Positions 11,710 to 22,508 of a stretch of 64,000 nt of DNA are shown in pieces. Position 1 is the first letter of the stretch. Each line of letters begins with the position of its first letter. Source of the DNA: Synechococcus sp. (GTDB lineage: Bacteria > Cyanobacteriota > Cyanobacteriia > PCC-6307 > Cyanobiaceae). The DNA is taken from positions 2,424,203 to 2,488,202 of the forward strand of contig JBJBEO010000001.1 in the NCBI GenBank assembly GCA_047284725.1, written 5' to 3'. Below the pieces are notes generated by a model. It ran no database searches. It saw nothing but the letters and a program-made list of their open reading frames with translations, and had not been told where the DNA came from. A program made the translations under genes and the position numbers.

Positions 11710-12057
11710 ATGGCCCGCGTTAAAAGAGGCAATGTTGCCCGCAAGCGCCGCAACAAAATCCTGCGCCTTGCCCGTGGCTTCCGTGGCAGCAACGGCACCC
11801 TCTTCCGCACCGCCAACCAGCGGGTGATGAAGGCTCTGTGCAACGCCTATCGCGACCGTCGTCGTCGCAAACGGGACTTCCGTCGTCTCTGGATTGCTCG
11901 CATCAATGCCGCTGCCCGTCTGAACGGAATCAGCTACAGCCGTTTAATCGGCGGGCTGAAGAAGGCCGATGTGCGCCTGAATCGCAAGATGCTGGCCCAG
12001 CTGGCAGTGACCGATCCAGGTAGCTTTGCCAACGTGGTGACCGCAGCCAAAGGCTGA
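11710..12057 (+). CDS. rplT: 50S ribosomal protein L20
   Basis: [23 protein letters not shown]. Confidence 0.99.
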   Translation: MARVKRGNVARKRRNKILRLARGFRGSNGTLFRTANQRVMKALCNAYRDRRRRKRDFRRLWIARINAAARLNGISYSRLIGGLKKADVRLNRKMLAQLAVTDPGSFANVVTAAKG

Positions 12058-12090
12058 TCCTGCAACGTCTGACATGAGGCATTTCAACTG

Positions 12091-12660
12091 ATGGATCGCC
12101 TCTTGCCAGAGACCTATCTCTTGGGTCTGATCGGATTGCTGGCGATCGTGGCTGTTGTGGTCGGTCGCCAGCTTTTGCGTGTGCGCCGTGATGAGCTCAG
12201 TCTCATCGAAATGGAGCAGAGCGGAGCAGCATCCTCGAAGGATGCTGGCCAGCTCTATGAATTGGCATCGGTTCAACTACGAAAGCGGCTGTACCCCCAG
12301 GCCACTGCCAATTTGCGCCAAGCGCTCAAACGCATGTCAGGCGAACCTGATGAAGCCAAAGCTTTGGTCGAAAACGCTTTGGGGTTTGCCCTGGCCGCCC
12401 AGAAGGACTTTGATGGGGCGGTGAAGCATTATCGGGCGGCCATCAATGCCAAAGCCGACTATCCCGTCGCCCTTAATAACCTGGCGTTTGCCCGCGAACG
12501 CCTTCTCCAACCGGAAGAAGCCGCCGGTCTGTATCGCGAAGTGTTGAAGTTGGAGCCTTCGAACTCCACAGCCACGAAGCGCCTGAAACGGCTGGAACGC
12601 CAACTCAGCTCAGGCGCGCTGACGTCCTCACCAAAGCCCACGAATGGGAACGGATTCTAG
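12091..12660 (+). CDS. ycf37: TPR protein, Ycf37-like photosystem I assembly factor
   Basis: N-terminal TM helix followed by TPR-like repeats (NALGFA, YPVALNNLAFA); located after rplT. Confidence 0.75.
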   Translation: MDRLLPETYLLGLIGLLAIVAVVVGRQLLRVRRDELSLIEMEQSGAASSKDAGQLYELASVQLRKRLYPQATANLRQALKRMSGEPDEAKALVENALGFALAAQKDFDGAVKHYRAAINAKADYPVALNNLAFARERLLQPEEAAGLYREVLKLEPSNSTATKRLKRLERQLSSGALTSSPKPTNGNGF

Positions 12661-13170
12661 AACCTCAACTTCCGCAACGCATGGAAAAGGGGACAGTTGC
12701 AATCTGCCACCGCGGTGAGTCAAGCGAGGAGCTTGCCAACCTGAGAGGGAGAAACCCTGTAAACCCACGAAATCGCCACCGGACTCAAGATCGGCGGTCA
12801 AATCATTGGACAACGGAAGCAAATCAAGCTGATCAGACTTGGCATTGAAATTTCCTTGAACAGGGGTTGTGATTTCGCCAATGCGCATATCACCACGCAC
12901 ATCCAACATTTGCCCCATGGGCGTCACGCTCGCCAATGTCAGCAGGACATCTTCAGATGGACCACCGGTGAAAGAAAGATAGGTTCCGCACCATTGACGG
13001 GGGAGAGTCGCAGCCAGATCCTCAGCACGAAGCACCGGATCAAAGCTTTCCACAGCACCTTCCAACATCAAAGGTATTGATAGCTTGGAGCTATCGAACT
13101 GCATCTGACTTTCGAAGGGGATCGGACTTTGAATCGGCAGGTCCACAACGGGTGGAACAGGCATGAGCAA
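12628..13170 (-). CDS. Hypothetical protein
   Basis: 180-aa ORF filling the gap between ycf37 and thiG, protein-like composition; start uncertain (13170 or 13164). Confidence 0.7.
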   Translation of the reverse strand: MLMPVPPVVDLPIQSPIPFESQMQFDSSKLSIPLMLEGAVESFDPVLRAEDLAATLPRQWCGTYLSFTGGPSEDVLLTLASVTPMGQMLDVRGDMRIGEITTPVQGNFNAKSDQLDLLPLSNDLTADLESGGDFVGLQGFSLSGWQAPRLTHRGGRLQLSPFPCVAEVEVLESVPIRGLW

Positions 13171-13257
13171 ACAAGGATGATCGACTCAAGGTAGGGCCAT
13201 TCCCTTGGTCGTGTTTATTTCTCCATCGGTTCTCACACCATTTCCTGCATCTTCAGC

Positions 13258-14094
13258 ATGTCCACGGATTCGTCTCCAGCCTCCAATGCCAGCAGTGTTG
13301 AATCGGATGCCCTACTGATCGCTGGGCGTCACTTCAACTGCCGCCTCTTCACCGGCACCGGCAAGTACCCCAGCTTGGCTGCCATGCAACAAAGCCTGGA
13401 GCGCTCCGGCTGCGACATGGTGACCGTGGCGGTGCGTCGGGTACAAACCGTGGCCGCAGGCCATGAAGGCCTGATGGAAGCGATCGACTGGTCGCGCATC
13501 TGGATGCTGCCCAACACCGCCGGGTGTGCCACAGCCGAAGAAGCGGTGAGAGTCGCCCGGCTGGGGAGGGAACTGGCAAAACTGGCTGGTCAGCACGACA
13601 ACACCTTCGTGAAATTGGAGGTGATTCCAGACAGCCGCCATCTGCTTCCGGATCCCATCGGCACCCTGGAGGCAGCGGAGCAACTGGTGAAGGAAGGCTT
13701 CACTGTTCTGCCGTACATCAATGCTGACCCACTGCTGGCGAAACGCCTGGAAGAGGTGGGCTGCGCCACGGTGATGCCCTTGGGCTCACCAATCGGGTCA
13801 GGCCAAGGATTGCGCAACGACGCCAATATTCGCCTCATCATTGAGAACTCCAAGGTGCCCGTGGTGATCGATGCTGGGATCGGCGTTCCCAGCGAAGCGG
13901 CCCAAGCCCTGGAGATGGGCGCCGCAGCCGTATTGGTCAACAGCGCCATCGCCATGGCCGGTGACCCCCCAGCCATGGCAGAAGCCATGGGTCTGGCCGT
14001 TCGGGCAGGCCGGCAAGCTCATCTGGCGGGCCGCCTACCGCTGCGCCAGGACGCCTCTCCCAGCTCACCGATTACCAATCGCGTGAACGGCTAA
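13258..14094 (+). CDS. thiG: Thiazole synthase
   Basis: [35 protein letters not shown]. Confidence 0.97.
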   Translation: MSTDSSPASNASSVESDALLIAGRHFNCRLFTGTGKYPSLAAMQQSLERSGCDMVTVAVRRVQTVAAGHEGLMEAIDWSRIWMLPNTAGCATAEEAVRVARLGRELAKLAGQHDNTFVKLEVIPDSRHLLPDPIGTLEAAEQLVKEGFTVLPYINADPLLAKRLEEVGCATVMPLGSPIGSGQGLRNDANIRLIIENSKVPVVIDAGIGVPSEAAQALEMGAAAVLVNSAIAMAGDPPAMAEAMGLAVRAGRQAHLAGRLPLRQDASPSSPITNRVNG

Positions 14095-14169
14095 GCCGTA
14101 AAGGAGCGTGGCGAAATCGCCCCAGAGCGCAGGGATGCCCATAAGGTCCGCTCCAGATGCATCAATTCC

Positions 14170-14337
14170 ATGCAAGTCACCGAAGAGGATGGCGGACGGC
14201 TGAACGCTTTTGCCAAAGAACCGCGCATGGAAGTGATGGATGCTCAAACCAGCCGCAGCAAGAGCTCTCAGCTGCTGATCGTCGCGGGCGGCGTGCTGGT
14301 GATCGCCCTGATGGCGGTGACGGTGCTGATCAGCTGA
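14170..14337 (+). CDS. psb34: Small membrane protein, Psb34/Ssl1498-like PSII assembly factor
   Basis: My translation (not in ORF track): MQVTEEDGGRLNAFAKEPRMEV...LLIVAGGVLVIALMAVTVLIS, 55 aa; HliP-like N-terminus plus one TM helix. Confidence 0.75.
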   Translation: MQVTEEDGGRLNAFAKEPRMEVMDAQTSRSKSSQLLIVAGGVLVIALMAVTVLIS

Positions 14338-14395
14338 AAACCCTGTAGTAGCTTGCGTCTGATTAGCGGTCGGAACGCTTCGGCAGGAGTTAGAG

Positions 14396-15592
14396 GTGAA
14401 GGTTCTCGTTCTCGGCGGTGACGGCTTCTGTGGCTGGCCCTGTGCAGTGAATCTGGCTGACCAGGGTCATGACGTCTTGATCGTCGACAACCTCAGTCGC
14501 CGCAAGATCGACATCGACCTCGAAGTGGAGTCCCTGACTCCGATCGTGAGCATTGGTGAGCGTCTGAAGGCCTGGGAAGAAACCGACGGCAAGCCCATGC
14601 GCTTCCTGCACATGGACATTGCCCATGAATACCAGCGCCTGCTCGATCTGCTGATCGAAGAGAAGCCTGACTCCGTGGTGCACTTCGCCGAGCAGCGCGC
14701 AGCTCCCTACTCCATGAAGAGCAGCGCCACCAAGCGCTACACCGTCGACAACAACGTCAACGGCACCCACAATCTGCTGGCTGCCATCGTTGAGAGTGGT
14801 CAGAACATCCATGTGGTGCATCTCGGCACCATGGGTGTGTACGGCTATGGCTCCCACCGCGGCGCCACCATTCCCGAGGGCTACCTGAAGGTGGAGGTGC
14901 CGCAGCCGGACGGCTCCCGCTTTGAAGAGGAGATTCTTCATCCCGCCAGCCCCGGCAGTGTCTATCACATGACCAAGACGCTGGATCAGCTCCTTTTCCT
15001 TTACTACAACAAAAACGATCAGGTGCGCATCACCGATCTCCACCAGGGGATCGTCTGGGGCACCAACACCGACGCCACGGATCGTGATCCCCGTCTGACC
15101 AACCGTTTCGATTACGACGGTGACTACGGCACCGTGCTGAACCGCTTTCTGATGCAGGCGGCGATCGGCTATCCCCTCACCGTGCACGGCACCGGCGGCC
15201 AGACCCGAGCCTTCATCCATATCCGTGATTCGGTGAAGTGCGTGCAACTGGCTCTGGAAAACCCCCCTGAGAAGGGTGAGCGAGTGAAGATCTTCAACCA
15301 GATGACCGAAAGCCATCAGGTGGGTGAACTGGCCAAGAAGGTGGCTGCCCTCACCGGCGCCCAGGTGAACAACCTGCCGAATCCCCGCAATGAAGCGGTG
15401 GAGAACGACCTGATCGTGGACAACCGTTGCTTCCTCGAACTCGGTCTCAACCCGACCACGCTCGATGATGGTCTGCTGAAGGAAGTGGTGGAGATCGCCA
15501 CCCGCTACGCCGACCGGTGCGATCGCAATCGCATCCTGTGCACCTCCGCCTGGACGAAAACCCAGGCCCAGGCCATCGGCACAGCGTCCTGA
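14396..15592 (+). CDS. sqdB: UDP-sulfoquinovose synthase
   Basis: GGDGFCGW, HFAEQRAAPYSM, LGTMGVYG, YHMTK; GTG start with upstream AGGAG. Confidence 0.95.
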   Translation: MKVLVLGGDGFCGWPCAVNLADQGHDVLIVDNLSRRKIDIDLEVESLTPIVSIGERLKAWEETDGKPMRFLHMDIAHEYQRLLDLLIEEKPDSVVHFAEQRAAPYSMKSSATKRYTVDNNVNGTHNLLAAIVESGQNIHVVHLGTMGVYGYGSHRGATIPEGYLKVEVPQPDGSRFEEEILHPASPGSVYHMTKTLDQLLFLYYNKNDQVRITDLHQGIVWGTNTDATDRDPRLTNRFDYDGDYGTVLNRFLMQAAIGYPLTVHGTGGQTRAFIHIRDSVKCVQLALENPPEKGERVKIFNQMTESHQVGELAKKVAALTGAQVNNLPNPRNEAVENDLIVDNRCFLELGLNPTTLDDGLLKEVVEIATRYADRCDRNRILCTSAWTKTQAQAIGTAS

Positions 15593-15623
15593 TCAGTATC
15601 ACCCTGCCGTCGCCGTCGTTCCC

Positions 15624-16769
15624 GTGAAAATCGCTTTTTTCACCGAAACCTTCCTCCCCAAGGTCGACGGCATCGTCACCCGACTCACCAAAACGGTGAA
15701 GCATCTGGTGGACGCCGGTGATGAAGTGATGGTCTTCTGCCCAGAAGGCTGCCCCGACGACTACATGGGAGCCAAGCTGGTCGGCGTACCAGCCATGCCG
15801 CTGCCCCTCTATCCGGAACTGAAGCTGGCCCTGCCGCGGCCGGCTGTATCGGACGCCATTGACGCCTTCCAGCCTGACCTCATTCATGTGGTCAATCCGG
15901 CTGTGTTGGGCCTTGGAGGCATCTGGCTGGCCAAAACCAAGGGCATTCCACTGGTGGCCAGCTACCACACCCATCTACCCAAATACCTTGAGCACTACGG
16001 GATGGGCATGCTCGAGCCCCTGCTCTGGGAACTGCTCAAAGCCGCTCATAATCAGGCCGTGCTCAACCTCTGCACCTCCACGGCGATGGTGCAAGAGCTC
16101 AGCGAAAAAGGGATCCAGCACACTGACCTGTGGCAACGCGGTGTGGATACGGACCTCTTCCGTCCGGAGCTCCGTAGTGATGACATGCGCCAACGGCTGC
16201 TGGGAAGCCACGACGACCTCGGATCTCTGCTGCTCTATGTCGGCCGTCTGTCAGCTGAGAAGCAGATCGAACGCATTCGACCAGTGCTGGAAGCCCTGCC
16301 GCATACCCGGCTGGCCCTGGTCGGGGATGGCCCTCACCGCCAGCAGCTCGAGAAGCATTTCGAAGGCACCGCTACCACCTTTGTGGGCTACCTAGCTGGA
16401 GAAGAGCTGGCGAGCGCCTACGCCAGTGGTGATGCATTCCTTTTCCCGTCCAGCACGGAAACCCTGGGCCTGGTTCTGCTGGAGGCAATGGCCGCCGGAT
16501 GCCCGGTGGTAGGTGCTAACAGGGGCGGTATCCCCGACATCATCAGCGACGGCATCAATGGTTGTCTCTACGAACCGGACGGCTGCGATGGTGGTGCCTC
16601 CAGTCTCATTGAAGCCACCCGTCGCCTGCTGGGCAATGACCAGGATCGCCAGAGCCTTCGCACCGAAGCCCGCCGCGAGGCTGAACGCTGGGGCTGGGCC
16701 GGCGCCACGGAACAATTGCGCGGTTACTACCGCCAGGTCCTTCAACCAACCCTCAGCGCAGTGGCATGA
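15624..16769 (+). CDS. sqdX: Sulfolipid (SQDG) synthase, GT4 glycosyltransferase
   Basis: FTETFLPKVDG, VGRLSAEK, ETLGLVLLEAMA; directly after sqdB. Confidence 0.9.
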   Translation: MKIAFFTETFLPKVDGIVTRLTKTVKHLVDAGDEVMVFCPEGCPDDYMGAKLVGVPAMPLPLYPELKLALPRPAVSDAIDAFQPDLIHVVNPAVLGLGGIWLAKTKGIPLVASYHTHLPKYLEHYGMGMLEPLLWELLKAAHNQAVLNLCTSTAMVQELSEKGIQHTDLWQRGVDTDLFRPELRSDDMRQRLLGSHDDLGSLLLYVGRLSAEKQIERIRPVLEALPHTRLALVGDGPHRQQLEKHFEGTATTFVGYLAGEELASAYASGDAFLFPSSTETLGLVLLEAMAAGCPVVGANRGGIPDIISDGINGCLYEPDGCDGGASSLIEATRRLLGNDQDRQSLRTEARREAERWGWAGATEQLRGYYRQVLQPTLSAVA

Positions 16770-16772
16770 AGC

Positions 16773-18578
16773 TCAGCGCTTCTCACGCTTGCGGTTCCAC
16801 GTCTCCATCACCTTCTTAGCCATGGGTAGAGCATGGACTGAGCCCCCACCGGGAGTGTTCTCTGCAAAGGCCACAATCACAATCTCCCCTTCCGGATAAG
16901 GGGCATAGCTGGCAAACCAGGCGTGGTCAGGGCCACCTGTGCTGTCTTCAGCTGTTCCGGTCTTACCGGCTGCCGGAGGGATCCCGGGGCCATTGAGGCC
17001 ATAGCCAGTGCCATCAGACACCACTTTGCGCAGGCCTTCCCGGATTTTCTTGAGCGTGCTCGGCTTGATCGCCACGCGGCTGCGACGATCTGGTGCCGTC
17101 CAATCCAGACCCTGGTCGGCGAGGTGCGGCGTCACCAGCCAGCCGCCATTGGCAAACACGCTGTAAGCCCGAGCCAACTGCAGAGGCGTGATCTGTACCA
17201 CCGACTGACCAATGGAAGCGCTGGCCATGTCTTCTGGGATCCAGGGAGTGGTGCCGGGCTTGCTCCAACCGCGACCAGCCGCGGCCCAATCTTCATCGCC
17301 AACCAATCCCACACTTTCCTCCCAGCCGATCTCAATGCCGCTTTTGCCAGCAAAGCCAAGAGCGGTGGCGGCCTTCTTCAGAGCACGGGAACCTGAACCC
17401 ACGCCGATTTGATAGAAAAAGGTGTTGCTGGAAAAACGCAACGCATCGGCATAACCGATGGTGCCAAATCCAGCACCGTTGTGGTCAGGGAAGCAGTGAC
17501 CGCCATAGGTGATGCAGGCCGCCGTTGGCAACTTCACGTCCGCCGGAAACTTGCCCGACTCCATCCCGGCCATCGCTGTCACCGCTTTCCAGGTGCTGCC
17601 TGGGTCGTAAGCGTTCAATGCCCTGCTGAACAACGGCTTGCGCGGATTTGAAAAGAGTTGGTCGTATTCCTTCTGAGTGGTGACCAGCTTCGAGAAGAAA
17701 TTAGGGTCATAGGTGGGTTTGCTGGCCAGAGCAAGAATGCCGCCGGTGCGCGGATCCATCGCCACGATGGACCCTCCCTGCTTGTCAGCCAGGGCCTGCT
17801 CTGCCGCCCGCTGAAGATCGAGGTCGAGCGTGAGGGTGAGATCTTTGCCGGCCACAGAAGGGCGATCACCGAGGTATCGCTGCACCTCGCCCATGGCATT
17901 CACCTCCAGCATCTGCCCACCCCATTTCCCGCGCAGATGAGATTCGTAGGCCGCTTCAACACCAGTGCGGCCGATGCGATCACGAATCTTGTAACCCTTC
18001 TCGACCAGCTGCTTGTATTCGTTTTCCGTGATCGGCTGCGAATAACCCAAAGCGTGGGCCGCCAAAGTTCCATGGGGGTAAAAACGGAGGATGTCCACAT
18101 CCACCTGGGCACCCTTCAGATCCAATGCCTGCTCACGGAAGCGCAACACCTGTTCTGGCGTGAGCTCCGAAGCAAGCGTGATGCGGTAACCATCGCGATC
18201 AACGCCCCTGTTACGGCGCTGATCTAAGTCCTCCGGCTTCAGATTCAACAAGCGGGTCAGATGATCCCGCAAGACGGGCCAGGTGGCATCGTCGACCAAC
18301 CGTGGCTCGAGGTAAAGGGAATACGTGAGTTTGCTGGAAGCCAAGACCCGACCATCACGGTCGAGCAAGCGCCCGCGGATGGGCGATCGCGGCACCAGAC
18401 GGATGCGATTTTCGTCAGCCTGCTCACGGAAGTGAGCGCCCTCGATCACCTGCAGCCAGGTGAGCCGTGCCAGCATCGCACCACAAAAAATCAGCACCAC
18501 ACTGATCAGAATCAAAGGCTGCTGCTTAAGACCGCTGTGGCGGTAGCCCTCACGACCGGTGTAGCTGGAACGAGCCAT
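16773..18578 (-). CDS. mrdA: Penicillin-binding protein 2
   Basis: N-terminal TM, RGRLLDR, SxxK (STWK), SSN, KTG motifs; ATG 18578 inferred. Confidence 0.93.
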   Translation of the reverse strand: MARSSYTGREGYRHSGLKQQPLILISVVLIFCGAMLARLTWLQVIEGAHFREQADENRIRLVPRSPIRGRLLDRDGRVLASSKLTYSLYLEPRLVDDATWPVLRDHLTRLLNLKPEDLDQRRNRGVDRDGYRITLASELTPEQVLRFREQALDLKGAQVDVDILRFYPHGTLAAHALGYSQPITENEYKQLVEKGYKIRDRIGRTGVEAAYESHLRGKWGGQMLEVNAMGEVQRYLGDRPSVAGKDLTLTLDLDLQRAAEQALADKQGGSIVAMDPRTGGILALASKPTYDPNFFSKLVTTQKEYDQLFSNPRKPLFSRALNAYDPGSTWKAVTAMAGMESGKFPADVKLPTAACITYGGHCFPDHNGAGFGTIGYADALRFSSNTFFYQIGVGSGSRALKKAATALGFAGKSGIEIGWEESVGLVGDEDWAAAGRGWSKPGTTPWIPEDMASASIGQSVVQITPLQLARAYSVFANGGWLVTPHLADQGLDWTAPDRRSRVAIKPSTLKKIREGLRKVVSDGTGYGLNGPGIPPAAGKTGTAEDSTGGPDHAWFASYAPYPEGEIVIVAFAENTPGGGSVHALPMAKKVMETWNRKREKR

Positions 18579-18594
18579 AGGGTGAAGCGACTGC

Positions 18595-18969
18595 TCAGGA
18601 AGCGAGAGATTGCTGGAGCTGATCCAGTCTGCTTTCAATCCTGGCAAGAACCTGATGCAACGACTCGCCGTCGTCAGAGGTCGTCTGGAGTGGAGGTGAC
18701 TGAGCGGGTTCAGGATCCACGTCGACCGTCACTTCGATGACAGGATTCCCAAGGCCAGGGCTGACCTGATCCAAGCGTTCGCGCACAACTCTGGCGGAGG
18801 CCTGGCCTTCATCACGTAGATCCGAGAAAGGATCAGCCGAACCCGTGAAGCTTTCCACCACCTTGGCAGCGCCTCCCTGACGCACCCTGTCTGCCATCGC
18901 GAGACCCACAGGCAACACGTCTTGCATCAAAGTGAGTCGAAAGGCCTCAAAAGGATTTTGCTCGGCCAT
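18595..18969 (-). CDS. Hypothetical protein with C-terminal coiled coil
   Basis: 124-aa ORF co-oriented between guaA and mrdA. Confidence 0.75.
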   Translation of the reverse strand: MAEQNPFEAFRLTLMQDVLPVGLAMADRVRQGGAAKVVESFTGSADPFSDLRDEGQASARVVRERLDQVSPGLGNPVIEVTVDVDPEPAQSPPLQTTSDDGESLHQVLARIESRLDQLQQSLAS

Positions 18970-18981
18970 CGAACCGAAGTC

Positions 18982-19593
18982 TCAACGAATTCCAGTCTGC
19001 TCTGATGGCAGCACCACCGTGGGACAAGCGGCTTGACGGGCTCCAAAAGCCCAGCCAGAAACACCGCTGAGCACAACCAAAGCCAGGATGGGAACAATCG
19101 CCTGGTGGGTGGTCTCGAGACTCAGCCATTCGCGCCAGCCCCGCAGAAACCGATCTCTTGCAAAACGGCGGCGCTCCCGCGACTCCTGCTTAAAGCGGCG
19201 GCGGAATGATTTCTCCACCCAACGCTCAAAGGAACGCTTCTTGGTGATCGCCATCTTGCGCTCCACCTCCAGCAGCTGACCGGAGGTGAGCTCCGGATGG
19301 AAGGTGCTGATCAACTCCAGACTCTTGAGGAACATCTCCACGGCACCGTCCTTGATCTGACGGGCGTCGTCATCGAGCAGATCCCAGGCCAGCTCTGGAT
19401 AGAATCGACAGCGGTTGTTCAGGATCTGCTCCTCGGTGAGCTGACCGGGTTCACGCAACCAGCGATCGGTGTTGCTGTCGAAACGACGCCAGTAGAGGAA
19501 GGGGTTGATATAGATCGTCTTCCCACCCAGCAGGATGCTGTCTTGCTGCAGGCGTCGCTGCAGCTGCTGAGTCTGCTCTTGGGCAGCGGTCAC
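18982..19593 (-). CDS. Hypothetical membrane protein
   Basis: ORF with YINPFLYWRRFD segment and C-terminal TM helix; GTG 19593 inferred (CTG 19617 is an alternative). Confidence 0.75.
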   Translation of the reverse strand: MTAAQEQTQQLQRRLQQDSILLGGKTIYINPFLYWRRFDSNTDRWLREPGQLTEEQILNNRCRFYPELAWDLLDDDARQIKDGAVEMFLKSLELISTFHPELTSGQLLEVERKMAITKKRSFERWVEKSFRRRFKQESRERRRFARDRFLRGWREWLSLETTHQAIVPILALVVLSGVSGWAFGARQAACPTVVLPSEQTGIR

Positions 19594-19654
19594 AGGAAAT
19601 TCGAGCTGGGCGCTCAGGGTATCGGCGCAGTCGACCGCCCACCAGCCCCCTGAC

Positions 19655-21241
19655 TTATTCCCACTCGATCGTTCCAGGGGGCTTGCTGGTGATATCGAGC
19701 ACCACTCGATTGACCCCCTGCACCTCATTGACAATGCGATTGGAGATCTTTTCAAGCAGATCAGCTGGCAGACGCGACCAGTCGGCGGTCATTCCATCCT
19801 CGCTCGAGACGCAGCGAAGCACGATCGGCCAGGCATAGGTGCGCTTGTCGCCCATGACACCCACGGAACGCACAGGCAACAGGACTGCAAAGGCCTGCCA
19901 AATGTCGTGATAGAGACCCGCTTCCTTCACCTCTTCACGCACGATCAGATCGGCATCACGCAGACAATCCAGCTTCTCGTCGGTGACCTCACCGAGAATG
20001 CGAATGGCCAGACCAGGGCCTGGAAAGGGGTGACGTCGCACGATCTCTTCCGGCAAACCCAGATTACGGCCCACCTTGCGCACCTCGTCTTTGAACAATT
20101 TGCGCAGGGGCTCCACCAGCTTGAACTGGAGATCCTTCGGTAGACCACCCACGTTGTGGTGGCTCTTGATCTTCACGGCCACCCGCTCACCGGTTTTGGG
20201 ATCCACGTTGGTGCCGGCGCTCTCAATCACATCGGGATAGAGGGTGCCCTGAGCGAGGTAATCAAAGGGGCCGAGGCGCTTGCTCTCCTCTTCAAATACA
20301 CGAATGAACTCAGTACCGATGATCTTGCGCTTCTTCTCGGGATCGGTCACACCACTTAGCTTTTCGAGAAAGCGCTTGCGAGCATTGATGTATTCAACAT
20401 GGATGTTGAATTTGCGGTCGAAAAAGTCCATCAAAAATTCGGGCTCACCTTTTCGCATAAAGCCCTGATCGATGAACATGCAGGTGAGTTGATCCCCAAT
20501 GGCTTTCTTCAACAGGAAAGCAAGGGTGGACGAATCCACACCACCCGACAGGGCAAGTAACACGCGTTTGTCACCGACCTGCTCACGCACCAGCGCCACC
20601 GCCTCCTCAATGAAGGCATCCGTGGTCCAGTCGGGCTCACAAGTACAGACGTGGTAGACAAAGTTGCGGATCAAAGCCATTCCGCAGGTGGAATGCACCA
20701 CTTCGGGATGGAACTGCACGCCGTACAAGCGGCGCTGATGGTCAGCCACCGCAGCCTCGGGGGTATTGGCGGTGTGGGCCAAGCGCACAAACCCCTCAGG
20801 AAGCGCCTTCACGGAGTCGCCGTGGCTCATCCACATCGTGGAACCGCTGTCGACATTGGTGAGCAAATCAGTGGGGTCGTCCACGATCAGTGGCGCCTTG
20901 CCGTATTCCGCCTTGCCCGTGGCGGCCTCCACAACTCCCCCCAGCTGCTGCACCATCAGCTGCATGCCGTAACAGACACCAAGCACCGGAATGCCCAGGT
21001 TCCAGATCTCCGGATCGCAAAGAGGAGCACCCTCGGCGTACACAGAACTGGGGCCACCGCTGAGGATGATTCCCGCCGGGGCCATTTCGCGCAGCTCTGC
21101 AGCGGACGTGCTGTAGCCCAACACCAGAGAGAACACCTCCGTCTCCCGCACCCTTCGCGCGATCAGCTCCGAATACTGCGAGCCGAAATCGAGAATGACG
21201 ATCGCCGGCTTACGCGGGCCGTCAGGCTGCATTTGAGTCAT
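19655..21241 (-). CDS. guaA: GMP synthase (glutamine-hydrolyzing)
   Basis: [35 protein letters not shown]. Confidence 0.98.
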   Translation of the reverse strand: MTQMQPDGPRKPAIVILDFGSQYSELIARRVRETEVFSLVLGYSTSAAELREMAPAGIILSGGPSSVYAEGAPLCDPEIWNLGIPVLGVCYGMQLMVQQLGGVVEAATGKAEYGKAPLIVDDPTDLLTNVDSGSTMWMSHGDSVKALPEGFVRLAHTANTPEAAVADHQRRLYGVQFHPEVVHSTCGMALIRNFVYHVCTCEPDWTTDAFIEEAVALVREQVGDKRVLLALSGGVDSSTLAFLLKKAIGDQLTCMFIDQGFMRKGEPEFLMDFFDRKFNIHVEYINARKRFLEKLSGVTDPEKKRKIIGTEFIRVFEEESKRLGPFDYLAQGTLYPDVIESAGTNVDPKTGERVAVKIKSHHNVGGLPKDLQFKLVEPLRKLFKDEVRKVGRNLGLPEEIVRRHPFPGPGLAIRILGEVTDEKLDCLRDADLIVREEVKEAGLYHDIWQAFAVLLPVRSVGVMGDKRTYAWPIVLRCVSSEDGMTADWSRLPADLLEKISNRIVNEVQGVNRVVLDITSKPPGTIEWE

Positions 21242-21280
21242 CGCTACGAAGGGGGTCGGGGGCAAACGACCATCAATCCA

Positions 21281-22441
21281 TCAGCGTAGAGAAGGGGCTT
21301 GGAGGGTCACTCCCCACTGCTGCAGCACAGCCACCCCTGCAGGTCCTGCCCAGCGGCGCTGACGAGAGCGATCAAACAACACGGCTCCCAACCGCAAGGG
21401 CCAATCGCCATAACGCTGCAAATAGTCCCGACCGCGCCGCTCGACGGCTGTCGCCATGGCCTGCCGCAAGGCATCGGCTTTGACTGGATCATGGGCTTCA
21501 AGATCGGTCAACGCCGCCTCCACCGAGGCAGCGGTTCGCAGTTGCTGCAACTGGGGCTGAGGCAAGGCAAGATCCACAGCCAGGGCCACAAGAACCTCGG
21601 AACGTCCATCGGCCAGATGGTGATGGGTGTGGAAAATGCCACCAGCCAACTTGACCAGCTTTCCCTGGTAACCCAGCAACAGCAAGTCTTCAACGCCCGC
21701 CTCCGCCGCTGCCACCAGCGACGGGCCAATCCAGTTGCCGGTTTTGATCACAGGCCCTACAGCTGTCAAACCCAATTGGCCCGCCAGATCCAAACCGTTC
21801 TCACCGATCACGAACGTCATCCGTCCGTTGAAAGTCCGTGCATTGGCCTCCTGCCGCACCTGATCGAGGCTTGCCTGCAGTTGATCAGGCGATGCACTGG
21901 CCTGCACCAGGGCCTGCGTCCCAATCAAAGCAAGACCTTCCACCACTCCAAAAGCGGAATTGCTGGTGCGTTCTGCCAACAACCTCCCCCGCGGTAGCAC
22001 CACCTCCACCACCAACCCCCGGCCTTGGGGCACCAGAGGGCGCAGGTTGCACTCCAGCAGCGTCCGCGCAAAAGCAGAGAGACACATCCCTCCGCCGTCT
22101 TCAAAGCGGCCGACTCCCTCACCAGGCAGCAGGGTGAGCCAGGGATCCGCCTTTGCAGACCAAGACACCTGAACCCACACCTCCAGTCCCCGGGTGAGAT
22201 CCAAACCCGAGCCTGGATCGCAAATGCTGATGGCCAAAGCCTGGGCACCACCCTCGAGCAGCGACACCGACCGCACCGACACCAGCTGCGTTGTCTCACT
22301 GTCTGGCAAGAGCAGGGTCTGCTCCAAAGCAACTTGTTCACCGGCAAGCTGCTGTGTGGCTGCCCGCGCCGCCGCAGCGACCCACATCGGCAAAATCAAA
22401 CCAGCCGGAGAAGACGATGGAGAGGGAGCGGCCTCAGGCAT
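21281..22441 (-). CDS. cbiD: Cobalt-precorrin-5B C1-methyltransferase
   Basis: DPGSGLDLTRG, GEGVG, LAERTSNSAFGVVEGLALIGT, GKLVKLAGGIFHTH. Confidence 0.92.
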   Translation of the reverse strand: MPEAAPSPSSSPAGLILPMWVAAAARAATQQLAGEQVALEQTLLLPDSETTQLVSVRSVSLLEGGAQALAISICDPGSGLDLTRGLEVWVQVSWSAKADPWLTLLPGEGVGRFEDGGGMCLSAFARTLLECNLRPLVPQGRGLVVEVVLPRGRLLAERTSNSAFGVVEGLALIGTQALVQASASPDQLQASLDQVRQEANARTFNGRMTFVIGENGLDLAGQLGLTAVGPVIKTGNWIGPSLVAAAEAGVEDLLLLGYQGKLVKLAGGIFHTHHHLADGRSEVLVALAVDLALPQPQLQQLRTAASVEAALTDLEAHDPVKADALRQAMATAVERRGRDYLQRYGDWPLRLGAVLFDRSRQRRWAGPAGVAVLQQWGVTLQAPSLR

Positions 22442-22508
22442 GACGGCCGGCTGGCAATCGGAGGTTCAAGACCATTTTTTAAGATGATGGATTGGCATTT
22501 CTGAGGCC

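Noticed and set aside
13171..13257. TPP riboswitch upstream of thiG
   Set aside because: No TPP aptamer consensus recognised in this short spacer
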